DNA from: Bellilinea caldifistulae
GTDB lineage: Bacteria > Chloroflexota > Anaerolineae > Anaerolineales > Anaerolineaceae
Direction of reading: 5' to 3'
Assembly (NCBI RefSeq): GCF_001306055.1
Contig: NZ_LGHJ01000021.1
Coordinates: 19,663-51,662 of the forward strand
DNA: 32,000 nt
Below, piece by piece: positions 1 to 8,509 of this stretch (the stretch's first letter is position 1; each line of letters begins with the position of its first letter). The position numbers were made by a program, and so were the translations under genes. Below the pieces are notes generated by a model. That model ran no database searches, was not told where the DNA came from, and saw only the letters and a list, made by a program, of their open reading frames with translations.

Positions 1-323
1 CGGTCAGTGATCATGCTAACGGCGATGGTGAACTGAGTATCGCAAATGAGGAGCTGGTTCAACAAGCCAAAGCAGCGGTAGAAGCCTATCTGCCGGGTAT
101 TGATTTGGCGGATGTTCGTTATCGCTTGCAAAAGGTTGGGGTAGATCCAAATGTCTCTGACGGAAAAAACAATACAAATTTTGAAAGTGGCAACACTTTA
201 GTCAACCGAAAGGTGTTCATTTTTCAAAGAAAGATTTTCTTCGGCGGCCACACCCACAACCACTATGCTCGGGTGACACTAACCCCGGAAGGAAAATTGC
301 TCAAGATGAGCGTATCCCGCTAA
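1..323 (+). CDS. 3' end of a hypothetical protein, 5'-truncated by the window edge
   Basis: Frame 3 is open from nt 3 to the TAA at 321-323, so the track's TTG at 105 is only an in-window artefact. The C-terminus ...HYARVTLTPEGKLLKMSVSR has a weak PepSY-like feel. No family was recognised with confidence. Confidence 0.5.
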   Translation, partial: VSDHANGDGELSIANEELVQQAKAAVEAYLPGIDLADVRYRLQKVGVDPNVSDGKNNTNFESGNTLVNRKVFIFQRKIFFGGHTHNHYARVTLTPEGKLLKMSVSR

Positions 324-352
324 TTTCAGTTTCAGGCTCCCATCTCTGTGAC

Positions 353-378
353 AGGATCCATCCAAAAGGATGGATCCT
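353..378 (+). terminator. Hairpin downstream of the truncated gene, a possible intrinsic terminator
   Basis: Perfect 11-bp stem AGGATCCATCC / GGATGGATCCT (353-363 and 368-378) with an AAAA loop. It is followed by CGCTATTT, a weak T tract. Confidence 0.35.
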
Positions 379-395
379 CGCTATTTGGGGACTGG

Positions 396-424
396 TTGCT
401 AAGCAGGCAGTGTTCCTGTATAAT
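396..424 (+). promoter_or_regulatory. Sigma70-type promoter for alaS
   Basis: TTGCTA (396-401), an exactly 17-nt spacer, then TATAAT (419-424). It lies about 50 nt upstream of the alaS ATG at 474. GGAG at 462-465 sits 8 nt before the ATG. Confidence 0.55.
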
Positions 425-473
425 CAAAGCCATTCATCATCTCAATTTCTTTCATCAGGTTGGAGCCAAAGAT

Positions 474-3215
474 ATGAAGAAAAATTGGACTGGCGCGGAA
501 ATTCGACAAATGTTTATAGATTTTTTTGTTGAAAGGGGTCATACCTTCGTTCCATCTTCATCGCTGGTTCCGGGCGGTGATCAAACCTTGCTGTTTACAA
601 ATGCAGGAATGGTGCAATTCAAGGACGTCTTTCTTGGAACGGATCAAAGACCATACACCCGCGCAGTAAATTCCCAGAAGTGCATGCGCGTAGCCGGGAA
701 ACACAATGATTTGGATGATGTGGGTCGGGATGATACCCATCATACCTTCTTTGAGATGCTGGGAAACTGGTCATTTGGGGATTATTACAAAAAAGAAGCC
801 ATATCATGGGCCTGGGAGTTGTTGACTGAGGTATGGGGACTTGAAAAAGAGCGGCTTTGGGCAACCTGTTTCAAAGATGAAAAAGACGAGATTCCCACCG
901 ATGAGGAGGCAGCCCAGTACTGGGCGCAGCAACCGGGCATAGATCAGTCTCATATTCTCTATTTTGGACGTAAAGATAACTTCTGGGAGATGGCGGAGAC
1001 CGGCCCTTGCGGCCCATGCAGTGAGATTCATTATGATCGCGGTATCGAATATTGCGATCGTCAGCATGAAGAAGGGCATGTCTGTCGGGTGAACGGTAAC
1101 TGCAAGCGCTTCCTTGAGTTGTGGAATCTGGTGTTCATTCAGTACAACCGAATCAGCCCCAGCCGACTTGAGCCACTGCCAGCCCGTCATGTGGATACTG
1201 GAATGGGGTTGGAGCGAATCGTTTCGATTTTGCAAGATCAGCCCTCCAATTACCGGACCGATTTACTTTTCCCACTCATGGAAAAAGTCCGTGAATTAAC
1301 CGGTCACAGCGAGGCTGAACGGGATGCCAATATCACCCCTTACCGCGTGATCGCCGATCATGCTCGTGCCGCGGCTTTCTTGATTGCGGATGGAGTAGTA
1401 CCGGGCAACACCGGCAGAAATTACGTTTGCCGCATGATTATTCGGCGGGCTTCGCGTTTTGGTAGCAAAATCGGCCTGGACGAACCCTTCCTGGCTCAGG
1501 TTGCGGATGTGGTCGTTGAAAATTATGGCAAGGCATATCCTGAGCTGGTTCGCAACCGTGAAGCCATTCTGGATGCGCTGACCCGCGAAGAAAAACGGTT
1601 TAAGCGCACGGTCGAACAGGGGCTGGCTCATTTGGAAGAATTATTACAGGAGGTCAAAAACAGCGGCGGCAAATTACTGGATGGCGAAAAAGCGTTTGAT
1701 TTGTATGCCACTCATGGTTTACCGCTAGAACTTGTCCGCGACATTGCGCTTGAAGAGGGACTGGAGGTTGATCAAACCGGTTTTACGCGGGCAATGGAAG
1801 ATCATCGTCTGGCCTCCGGAGCTGGCAAGGCTTTTGGCCCGTTAGGCGGTGAGAATGTGGACGTCTACCGCGGCATTCTTGAATCGCTGCAAGCCAGTGG
1901 CGAGTTAGGATTAGAGGGTGTCCGCTATGACCCTTACACATCCCTGGAAGTTGAAGGGAAGGTGCTTGCGCTGGTACGGGATGGTCAATCCGTGCCGGAA
2001 GTGATGACCGGTGACCTGGTGGAGGTGATCCTGCCGGCAACCTGTTTCTATGTTGAAGCCGGTGGACAGGTTTCGGATACCGGTACGATTGTCTCGGTTG
2101 CTGATCCTCGCTGGGAAATACGGGTTGAGGATACCCGCAAACCAGCCGCCGGGGTGATCGTTCATGTGGGAGAGGTTGTCCGTGGTAAACCAGCCGTTGG
2201 TGATCTGGCAATTGCAGCGGTAGATGCTCAGCGCAGGCGGGATATTATGCGTAATCACACCGCAACTCATCTCCTTCACGCCGAATTGCAGGCCGTGTTG
2301 GGGAAACATGCCCGTCAGGCGGGCTCACTGGTTGCACCCGACCGTCTGCGCTTCGATTTTACCCATCCTGAAGCATTAACCGTTGAGCAATTGGAACGGA
2401 TTGAAGCGGGTGTCAACCGCGCCATTTTTGAAGACTTGCATCTCAACATCCGATTCAAGCCGCTCAATGAAGCAATTGCCGAAGGAGCAATGGCTCTGTT
2501 TGGCGAGAAGTATGCTGAAACTGTGCGAACGATCACGATTGGCGATGAAGAAGAAATTCTTTCTTACGAATTGTGCGGTGGCACTCATGTGGAAAACACG
2601 GGCGATATTGGAATTTTCCTGATCACCAGTGAAGGCAGTGCCGCTGCCGGCGTGCGCCGGATTGAAGCCGTAACCGGTAGAGAGGCCTATGCCCTGGTGC
2701 AGCGTCGGTTTCGCACCTTGAAACAAACTGCTCAAATCCTTTCCACTTCGCTGGATGATGTCCCTGCAAAGGCAGAGGCATTACTCAAAGAGCTCGATGA
2801 AGTGCAGGATGAACTGTCCCTTTTACGCCGGCAATTGGTGTCTGCCGAATTCGAGCAAGCTTTAAATAGCGTGCGGGATATTCAAGGGATAAAAGTGCTG
2901 GCTGCTCAATTGTCCAATGCTGACGCAGAGACACTGCGCCAGATGTGCGATCGCTTCCGCCAAAAGTTTGTCAGTGGTGTGGTTGTGCTGGCGAGTGTTG
3001 AAAATGATAAGCCATTGTTGATTGGAGCCATCAGTGATGATCTGGTAAAGAAAGGCTGGCACGCTGGTGATTTGATTAAATACGTGGCTGCGATGGTTGG
3101 CGGCGGAGGAGGCGGGCGGCCCAATCTGGCGCAGGCGGGCGGAAAGGACCCGTCCATGCTACCCCAGGCTTTGAACAAAGTTTACGAGTGGGTTGAAGGC
3201 AAACAAGCCCGTTAG
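474..3215 (+). CDS. alaS: Alanine--tRNA ligase
   Basis: The N-terminus MKKNWTGAEIRQMFIDFFVERGHTFVPSSSLVP, then FTNAGMVQFK and the editing-domain HTATHLLH...CGGTHV motifs, and a C-terminal GGGGGGRPNLAQAGG (DHHA1). I chose ATG 474 (preceded by GGAG) over the track start at 348, because the extra 42 aa are not AlaRS-like. Confidence 0.95.
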   Translation: MKKNWTGAEIRQMFIDFFVERGHTFVPSSSLVPGGDQTLLFTNAGMVQFKDVFLGTDQRPYTRAVNSQKCMRVAGKHNDLDDVGRDDTHHTFFEMLGNWSFGDYYKKEAISWAWELLTEVWGLEKERLWATCFKDEKDEIPTDEEAAQYWAQQPGIDQSHILYFGRKDNFWEMAETGPCGPCSEIHYDRGIEYCDRQHEEGHVCRVNGNCKRFLELWNLVFIQYNRISPSRLEPLPARHVDTGMGLERIVSILQDQPSNYRTDLLFPLMEKVRELTGHSEAERDANITPYRVIADHARAAAFLIADGVVPGNTGRNYVCRMIIRRASRFGSKIGLDEPFLAQVADVVVENYGKAYPELVRNREAILDALTREEKRFKRTVEQGLAHLEELLQEVKNSGGKLLDGEKAFDLYATHGLPLELVRDIALEEGLEVDQTGFTRAMEDHRLASGAGKAFGPLGGENVDVYRGILESLQASGELGLEGVRYDPYTSLEVEGKVLALVRDGQSVPEVMTGDLVEVILPATCFYVEAGGQVSDTGTIVSVADPRWEIRVEDTRKPAAGVIVHVGEVVRGKPAVGDLAIAAVDAQRRRDIMRNHTATHLLHAELQAVLGKHARQAGSLVAPDRLRFDFTHPEALTVEQLERIEAGVNRAIFEDLHLNIRFKPLNEAIAEGAMALFGEKYAETVRTITIGDEEEILSYELCGGTHVENTGDIGIFLITSEGSAAAGVRRIEAVTGREAYALVQRRFRTLKQTAQILSTSLDDVPAKAEALLKELDEVQDELSLLRRQLVSAEFEQALNSVRDIQGIKVLAAQLSNADAETLRQMCDRFRQKFVSGVVVLASVENDKPLLIGAISDDLVKKGWHAGDLIKYVAAMVGGGGGGRPNLAQAGGKDPSMLPQALNKVYEWVEGKQAR

Positions 3216-3216
3216 A

Positions 3217-4359
3217 TTAATCTGCGCCGCTGCCAGTAATTTCCCATAGGATAATTTCAGGAGGGCAAAGGAAGCGCACGCGTGGCGCTCCAGCGCCCTC
3301 CATTCCTATACCGCGTGTGATATAAAGCGTCAGACCGTTCAACTGGTAGCGGCCGGAAGAGAAGGCTCGTCCGTAAAGTGACGCAGTAAACAAAGCGCCA
3401 ATCAGTGGCAACCGGACCTGTCCGCCGTGCGTGTGGCCGGAAAGCTGTAAATCTACGGCTGTCTTGGCAGCATTGGGGGCAAGATCGGGGGTGTGATACA
3501 GCAGAATGGTGAAATTTTCACTTGTGGGGGGAAGTAGCTTCTCAAGACGAGGAGCATCCACAAATGGGCGGTGGGTACAGGAAAGACCGATCAGATGAAC
3601 GGTTTGTTGATTAATTTCAAGTTCAAGGCGTTCTTCTTCTAAATAACGAACAGGTAACCGCTGATAAAAAGCGGGCAACATTTCCGCCAAATCTACTGCT
3701 GGACTGCCAGCAACGGCATACACTCCGAGAGGGGCCTGCCATTCCGACATGATCTGATGAGCCTGTTCCAATGCAAGCGGGTCACGGTTGTAAGATAGAT
3801 TGAGAACATCACCGCTGAATAAGATCATGTCAGGGCGAAGTTGCTTGATCAGCTCCTGTAATCTTTTTTCCCGCCGGGTGATGCGCTCAACATGCAAATC
3901 CCCTAGGTGCAAAATACGGATCTTCGAACCGCTTTTCAACTTCGGTGTTTGCAAGGTTTGATGGGTGATTGTAATGCGATGGGGTTCGACCCAGAAGCCA
4001 TAAAATACCAGCAGGCTGCCAATGGCCTGGAGTACAAAATTTAGCGGGTACGGCAACAGCGCAAACGGCAATCGCAGCAGGGCGAGTAAAAAGACAGGGG
4101 GCTGTGGTGGGCCAAATGATCGTTGGAAGGCTGGCAGAATTGCCAGCATCAGCCAATCGAGCATGAAAAAGCCCCACAGGGCAAGTGCGTATCCCCACTC
4201 CATTCGGGCGGGTAACCAGGCCAGCCCAAAGAGAATTACTCCAAAAATGAGCGGTGGAATTTTTTGAATGGCATCATAGCGGCGTAGGATGACATCAAAA
4301 TCGTTACCGAGTTCACCCGGAAAATTGCGCCGGTTGGTAAAGTCGCGTGCTTCAATCAT
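3217..4359 (-). CDS. Membrane-anchored metallophosphoesterase (calcineurin-like, YaeI/YkuE type) with an atypical motif III
   Basis: N-terminal hydrophobic helices are followed by HLGDLHV, FSGDVLN, LLYHTP and GHTHGGQ motifs. Where GNH[DE] is expected the sequence reads AGSPAVD. There is a 4-nt overlap (4356-4359) with the upstream pfpI-like gene. Confidence 0.8.
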   Translation of the reverse strand: MIEARDFTNRRNFPGELGNDFDVILRRYDAIQKIPPLIFGVILFGLAWLPARMEWGYALALWGFFMLDWLMLAILPAFQRSFGPPQPPVFLLALLRLPFALLPYPLNFVLQAIGSLLVFYGFWVEPHRITITHQTLQTPKLKSGSKIRILHLGDLHVERITRREKRLQELIKQLRPDMILFSGDVLNLSYNRDPLALEQAHQIMSEWQAPLGVYAVAGSPAVDLAEMLPAFYQRLPVRYLEEERLELEINQQTVHLIGLSCTHRPFVDAPRLEKLLPPTSENFTILLYHTPDLAPNAAKTAVDLQLSGHTHGGQVRLPLIGALFTASLYGRAFSSGRYQLNGLTLYITRGIGMEGAGAPRVRFLCPPEIILWEITGSGAD

Positions 4360-4904
4360 TCGTTCTTGCTAACCTGTTGCCGGTATTCTTCCAAAGCAGT
4401 GACCAGTTCCCGACAAAAATCTGGAATATCTGCAACCACGCGGCCCCAGACGATGTTGCCACTCCGAAATGCGGCTTCATTCCGCCAGGTTGCACCGGCA
4501 TTCAGCAAATCGTCCTTGATTCCTTCGCTGCCGGTTGCTTCATGCCCCCGCACAATCCCTGCGCTTATGCCAACCAGGCCGGCGTGACAGATCATCGCCA
4601 CAATTTTGTGGTTTTCATAAAACCAACGAGTCATCTTCTTTACCGTATCGTAGCGGCGCAGTTTATCGGGAGCCCAGCCGCCGGGAATGACCAGTGCATC
4701 GAAATCGGCTGGGTTGAGATCTTCAAAGCTGACTTCGGATTTTCCCTGCAGGCCATTCTTTCCGATATAAGTTTGATTGGCTTTTGCGCCGGCGACGACA
4801 ACCTCCGCGCCTTCTTCGCGTAACCGCATCAGGGGAACGTAGAATTCAAGATCTTCAAAACCTTCGCCGATAAGGTAGACAATTTTCAAACCTTTGAGTT
4901 TCAT
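4356..4904 (-). CDS. DJ-1/PfpI family protein (type-1 glutamine amidotransferase-like protease/deglycase)
   Basis: 182 aa. It has a nucleophile elbow with Cys-His (AMICHAGLV), DALVIPGGWAP, and the typical PfpI length. Confidence 0.85.
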   Translation of the reverse strand: MKLKGLKIVYLIGEGFEDLEFYVPLMRLREEGAEVVVAGAKANQTYIGKNGLQGKSEVSFEDLNPADFDALVIPGGWAPDKLRRYDTVKKMTRWFYENHKIVAMICHAGLVGISAGIVRGHEATGSEGIKDDLLNAGATWRNEAAFRSGNIVWGRVVADIPDFCRELVTALEEYRQQVSKNE

Positions 4905-4944
4905 AGCGGGCCTCCTGTTGATTTGATGGGGAAATTATAACAAA

Positions 4945-4970
4945 CCCCCGCTCTTCATGGGGAGCGGGGG
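4945..4970 (-). terminator. Intrinsic terminator after gcvPB
   Basis: On the minus strand: CCCCCGCTC - 8-nt loop - GAGCGGGGG (9-bp GC-rich stem) followed by TTTGTTATAATTT. It lies in the 88-nt gap between gcvPB and the pfpI-like gene. Confidence 0.65.
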
Positions 4971-4992
4971 TGACTCGTACAAAAGCAGTTGG

Positions 4993-6462
4993 CTAATTCT
5001 TTACCTGTTCGGGTAACCAGCAGCAAAGCACCAGTTCCTTGGCGGCTTTGACTTCATCCAATCTGCCAATCGGCGTTGAATGAGGTGCTTCACGCAGGAG
5101 TTCGGGCTGCTGGTGAGCCTCTTCAGCGATTTTCAGCATAACATCGGCAAACCGATCGAGAGTTTGTTTGGTTTCGGTTTCGGTTGGTTCGATCATCAAG
5201 GCTTCCCGAACAATCAAGGGGAAGTAATTGGTCGGCGGATGGAAGTTGTAATCCATCAAACGCTTGGCAACATCCAAAGCGTGAACACCGGGGGCATCGT
5301 CCCAAACGCCTTCGACGACAAATTCATGCTTACAAATACGGTCATACGGAACTTTGTAGGTGCCTCGCATTCGTGCCAGCAGGTAATTTGCGTTTAATAC
5401 GGCATATTCGGATACCTTTCGCAGCCCATCCGCTCCATGAACCGAAATATAGGTATAAGCCCGTACCATCATTCCAAAATGACCATGAAAGGCTTTTACC
5501 CTGCCAATGCTTTGGGTGGGTTGGTAGAATCCGAAAACGGGGGGCAGTTCTTCGTCTCCTTCTTCCAACACCTCCACAATTGGACCGGGCAGAAATTCTT
5601 TGAAAGCTCCTTTTACAGCCACTGGCCCGGAGCCCGGACCACCACCGCCATGCGGGGTTGAGAAAGTTTTATGAAGGTTGATGTGCATGATGTCGAAGCC
5701 CAAATCGGCGGGGCGGGCAATGCCGAGCAAGGCGTTAAGATTGGCGCCATCGCCATACACAAGACCGCCGGCTTCATGGACAATTCGGTTGACTTCAACT
5801 ACCTGTTCCTCGAACAAACCAAGCGTATTGGGATTGGTCAACATCAGGCCGGCTACTGTATCGTCGCAGGTGGTCCGCAGGGCTTCGATATCCACATTTC
5901 CGCGCGAATCAGAAGGAATGTGGACAACTTCATAACCGCTCATTGCAGAAGTGGCTGGATTGGTGCCATGGGCCGAATCCGGGACCAGTATTTTGGTACG
6001 TTTGGTATCCCCGCGAGATTTGTGGTAAGCCCGGATGATCATCACGCCCGTGAATTCGCCCTGGGCTCCTGCGGCTGGTTGAAGAGTTACTGCGTCAAAA
6101 CCGGTGATCTCTTTCAGGTATTCCTGCAACTCATACATCAAAGCCAAATTTCCCTGAACGGTCTCAATTGGCTGGAGCGGGTGGGTGTAGGCGAAACCGG
6201 GTAAGCGCGCCATTTCTTCGTTGATTTTAGGGTTGTACTTCATTGTGCAGGAACCCAAAGGATAAAAGCCACTATCAATGCTGTAATTGAGGTGAGAAAG
6301 GTGCATGAAGTGGCGAATCACATTCAACTCAGAAAGTTCCGGCAGGGGTAAATCTTTCCTCACAAGGTCCTGAGGAAGTTCTGCCAGTGGGACATCCGGC
6401 TGTGGGTAACGGACTCCAACCCGGCCGGGAGAAGAAAGTTCATAGATTGTGGGCTCAGTCAT
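4993..6462 (-). CDS. gcvPB: Glycine dehydrogenase (decarboxylating) subunit 2, P-protein C-terminal half
   Basis: 489 aa. Contains LHKTF (PLP-lysine region), SCTMKYNPK and GSAHGTNPA-like motifs. There is an 8-nt overlap with gcvPA. Confidence 0.95.
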   Translation of the reverse strand: MTEPTIYELSSPGRVGVRYPQPDVPLAELPQDLVRKDLPLPELSELNVIRHFMHLSHLNYSIDSGFYPLGSCTMKYNPKINEEMARLPGFAYTHPLQPIETVQGNLALMYELQEYLKEITGFDAVTLQPAAGAQGEFTGVMIIRAYHKSRGDTKRTKILVPDSAHGTNPATSAMSGYEVVHIPSDSRGNVDIEALRTTCDDTVAGLMLTNPNTLGLFEEQVVEVNRIVHEAGGLVYGDGANLNALLGIARPADLGFDIMHINLHKTFSTPHGGGGPGSGPVAVKGAFKEFLPGPIVEVLEEGDEELPPVFGFYQPTQSIGRVKAFHGHFGMMVRAYTYISVHGADGLRKVSEYAVLNANYLLARMRGTYKVPYDRICKHEFVVEGVWDDAPGVHALDVAKRLMDYNFHPPTNYFPLIVREALMIEPTETETKQTLDRFADVMLKIAEEAHQQPELLREAPHSTPIGRLDEVKAAKELVLCCWLPEQVKN

Positions 6463-7804
6463 GGGAATACTCCTTCAAAGCCTCACAGAGGATTTCGATA
6501 TCTTCGCGGGTGTTCATTTCGGTTACGGCTAACAGCATGTGGTTTTTCAGATGAGGGTAGTCATTACCCAAATCGTATCCACCCAGAATGCCGTTATCGA
6601 GCAGATATTCGTTGATTTCCTCAACCGAATCGGGGCACTTGACGACGAACTCATGGAAAAATGGTGCCTTGAGGTCCACCTCGAAGCCGGGAATTTGGTT
6701 AATTTGTTGAGCAGTATAATGTGCCTTGTGGTAGCACAATTCCGCCACCTGCCGTAGACCGGTCTTCCCGAGCAGACTCATGTACACCGTGGCGGCCAGC
6801 GCCATCAATCCTTGATTGGTGCAGATATTTGAGGTTGCCTTTTCACGCCGTATGTGTTGTTCACGGGCTGTGAGGGTGAGTACATATCCCCGGCGTCCCT
6901 CTTTGTCGGTTGTTTCACCGACCAGCCTGCCAGCCATTTTACGCACGTAATCTTTCTTTGTTGCAAAAATCCCTAAATAGGGTCCACCGTAGGAAAGGGG
7001 AATACCCAATGGCTGACCCTCGCCGCAGGCGATATCGGCTCCCATTTCGCCGGGGCTCTTGAACAATGCCAACGCCAGTGGATTAACAACCACAGCCAGC
7101 AAGGCGCCGGCTTCATGTACTTTTTGGGCAAACCTGGTTAAATCCTGCACTCTGCCAAAGAAATCGGGGTATTGAACGACGACCAGGGCGGTATTGGGGT
7201 CAACCAGAGGGAGTAGATCTTCAACGGTCGCGAAGGGGTGATTGGTGTCATCGCCGATGACTTCAAGATTTTCGTAGCCGTTCATGTATGTTCGTAAAAC
7301 GGCGCGGTATTGGGGATTGACCGATGGAGAAACGACAAAGCGGGTGCGTTTTCCCCGGAAATGGTGATAGGCCAAAACGGCGGCTTCAGCCGTAGCAGTT
7401 GCACCATCATAGTGAGATGCGTTGGAAGCATCCATTCCGGTCAGGTTGGCGATGAGACTCTGATATTCAAAAATAGCTTGCAAGGTGCCTTGAGAAACTT
7501 CGGGCTGGTAAGGCGTGTAGGCCGTGTAAAACTCACCACGTCGGAGGATTGCATCCACCGCAGCCGGCACATAATGGTTGTATGCGCCGGCTCCGAGAAA
7601 GCAGATCAAATCGCGAGTAGTTTCATTGATACTGGCAAGTTCCTGCAACTGAGCAGCAACTTCCATTTCAGTTAAAGGTTCTGGGAGGTTCAGTCTCGGA
7701 AAACGGTATTCGGCCGGAACATCTTCAAAGAGCGATTCGATGGAAGGTACGCCGATAACCTTGAGCATCTCCTCCCGTTCGGAATCGGTATGGGGAGTGT
7801 ACAT
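6455..7804 (-). CDS. gcvPA: Glycine dehydrogenase (decarboxylating) subunit 1
   Basis: 449 aa. [19 protein letters not shown]..., [12 protein letters not shown] and [14 protein letters not shown] motifs. The start overlaps the gcvH stop (TAATG). Confidence 0.95.
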   Translation of the reverse strand: MYTPHTDSEREEMLKVIGVPSIESLFEDVPAEYRFPRLNLPEPLTEMEVAAQLQELASINETTRDLICFLGAGAYNHYVPAAVDAILRRGEFYTAYTPYQPEVSQGTLQAIFEYQSLIANLTGMDASNASHYDGATATAEAAVLAYHHFRGKRTRFVVSPSVNPQYRAVLRTYMNGYENLEVIGDDTNHPFATVEDLLPLVDPNTALVVVQYPDFFGRVQDLTRFAQKVHEAGALLAVVVNPLALALFKSPGEMGADIACGEGQPLGIPLSYGGPYLGIFATKKDYVRKMAGRLVGETTDKEGRRGYVLTLTAREQHIRREKATSNICTNQGLMALAATVYMSLLGKTGLRQVAELCYHKAHYTAQQINQIPGFEVDLKAPFFHEFVVKCPDSVEEINEYLLDNGILGGYDLGNDYPHLKNHMLLAVTEMNTREDIEILCEALKEYSHD

Positions 7805-8196
7805 TAGTGACCTCGTTCCTGGCAGTAGGCTTCATATGCGGCTGCATCCATCAAGGCATCCAGTTCGGCAGCGTCCGACATTTCAATTTTCATCATCCAG
7901 GCAGCCCCATAGGGATCGCTGTTGATTACTTCAAATTGGTCTGTGAGGGATTGGTTCAATTCAACCACTTTGCCCGAAACCGGAGCGTTGACATCCGCAG
8001 CAGCTTTGACCGATTCAAGAGTAGCAACCGATTGATCTTTTGTGACCGTATCGCCGGGATCTACTTTGAATTCAAAATAGACGATATCAGATAGTTGTGA
8101 TTGGGCGTAATCCGAGACCCCAATGATGGCAATGTTACCTTCTACCTTGACCCATTCATCGGTTTTGGCGTACTTCAAATTAGGTGGGACATTCAT
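7804..8196 (-). CDS. gcvH: Glycine cleavage system H protein
   Basis: 130 aa. YAKTDEWV, the lipoyl-lysine motif LESVKAA, and INSDPYGAAWM. AGGAGG sits upstream of the ATG. Confidence 0.95.
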   Translation of the reverse strand: MNVPPNLKYAKTDEWVKVEGNIAIIGVSDYAQSQLSDIVYFEFKVDPGDTVTKDQSVATLESVKAAADVNAPVSGKVVELNQSLTDQFEVINSDPYGAAWMMKIEMSDAAELDALMDAAAYEAYCQERGH

Positions 8197-8224
8197 GGGA
8201 AACCTCCTGTCAGAAGATGATTGG

Positions 8225-8266
8225 ATAAAACACAGAGGACATACCAGACAAAGGTATGTCCTCTGT
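8225..8266 (-). terminator. Expression-platform terminator of the glycine riboswitch
   Basis: Minus strand: ACAGAGGACATACC - TTTGTCT - GGTATGTCCTCTGT (perfect 14-bp stem) followed by GTTTTAT. Its 5' arm contains the 3' strand (CAGAGG) of aptamer-2 P1. Confidence 0.8.
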
Positions 8267-8429
8267 TATAGACCTGTGAGATTCATCCCGAATTTCGAGA
8301 TTTGCTCCATGGGTGCACGAGGTGCTTTTCAGAGGAGAATTCATCCGGGGTCCTTTTACCTGAGAGATTCGGCGAATGGAAAAATTGCCTTGCCCCTTCG
8401 GTGCCAATTTGGATTTGGTCTCTTCCCCG
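8225..8429 (-). promoter_or_regulatory. Tandem glycine riboswitch (ON switch) controlling gcvH-gcvPA-gcvPB
   Basis: Aptamer 1 (8346-8429, minus) reads CGGGGAAGAGACC..GGCACCGAAGGGGCAA..CTCTCAGGTAAAAGGACCCCG, which matches the GGAGAG / CACCGAAGGGGCAA / CTCAGGCAAAAGGAC core. Aptamer 2 (8260-8335) reads CCTCTGAAAAGCACCTCGTGCACCCATGGAGCAA..CTCACAGGTCTATAACAGAGG, with the same architecture but a diverged core. A terminator follows. Confidence 0.85.
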
Positions 8430-8463
8430 AATGTGGGTGAAAATGATGTTATTGACTAAAAAG

Positions 8464-8472
8464 ATTATACCA
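8464..8472 (-). promoter_or_regulatory. Extended -10 promoter element for the riboswitch/gcv transcript
   Basis: The minus strand reads TGGTATAAT (TGnTATAAT) about 35 nt upstream of aptamer-1 P1. The -35 is poor (TATTTA). It lies in the 80-nt gap after the radical SAM gene. Confidence 0.45.
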
Positions 8473-8509
8473 AAAATGCAGGTGGATAAATATCCCCTGT
8501 TGATGGATT

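Noticed and set aside
348-473. 42-aa N-terminal extension of alaS from the track start
   Set aside because: The extension overlaps the hairpin and the TTGCTA-17-TATAAT promoter and is not AlaRS-like. ATG 474 has a GGAG at proper spacing.
425-473. Possible T-box or other leader upstream of alaS
   Set aside because: Only about 45 nt lie between the predicted -10 and the start codon. That is far too short for a T-box, and no specifier or T-box sequence is visible.
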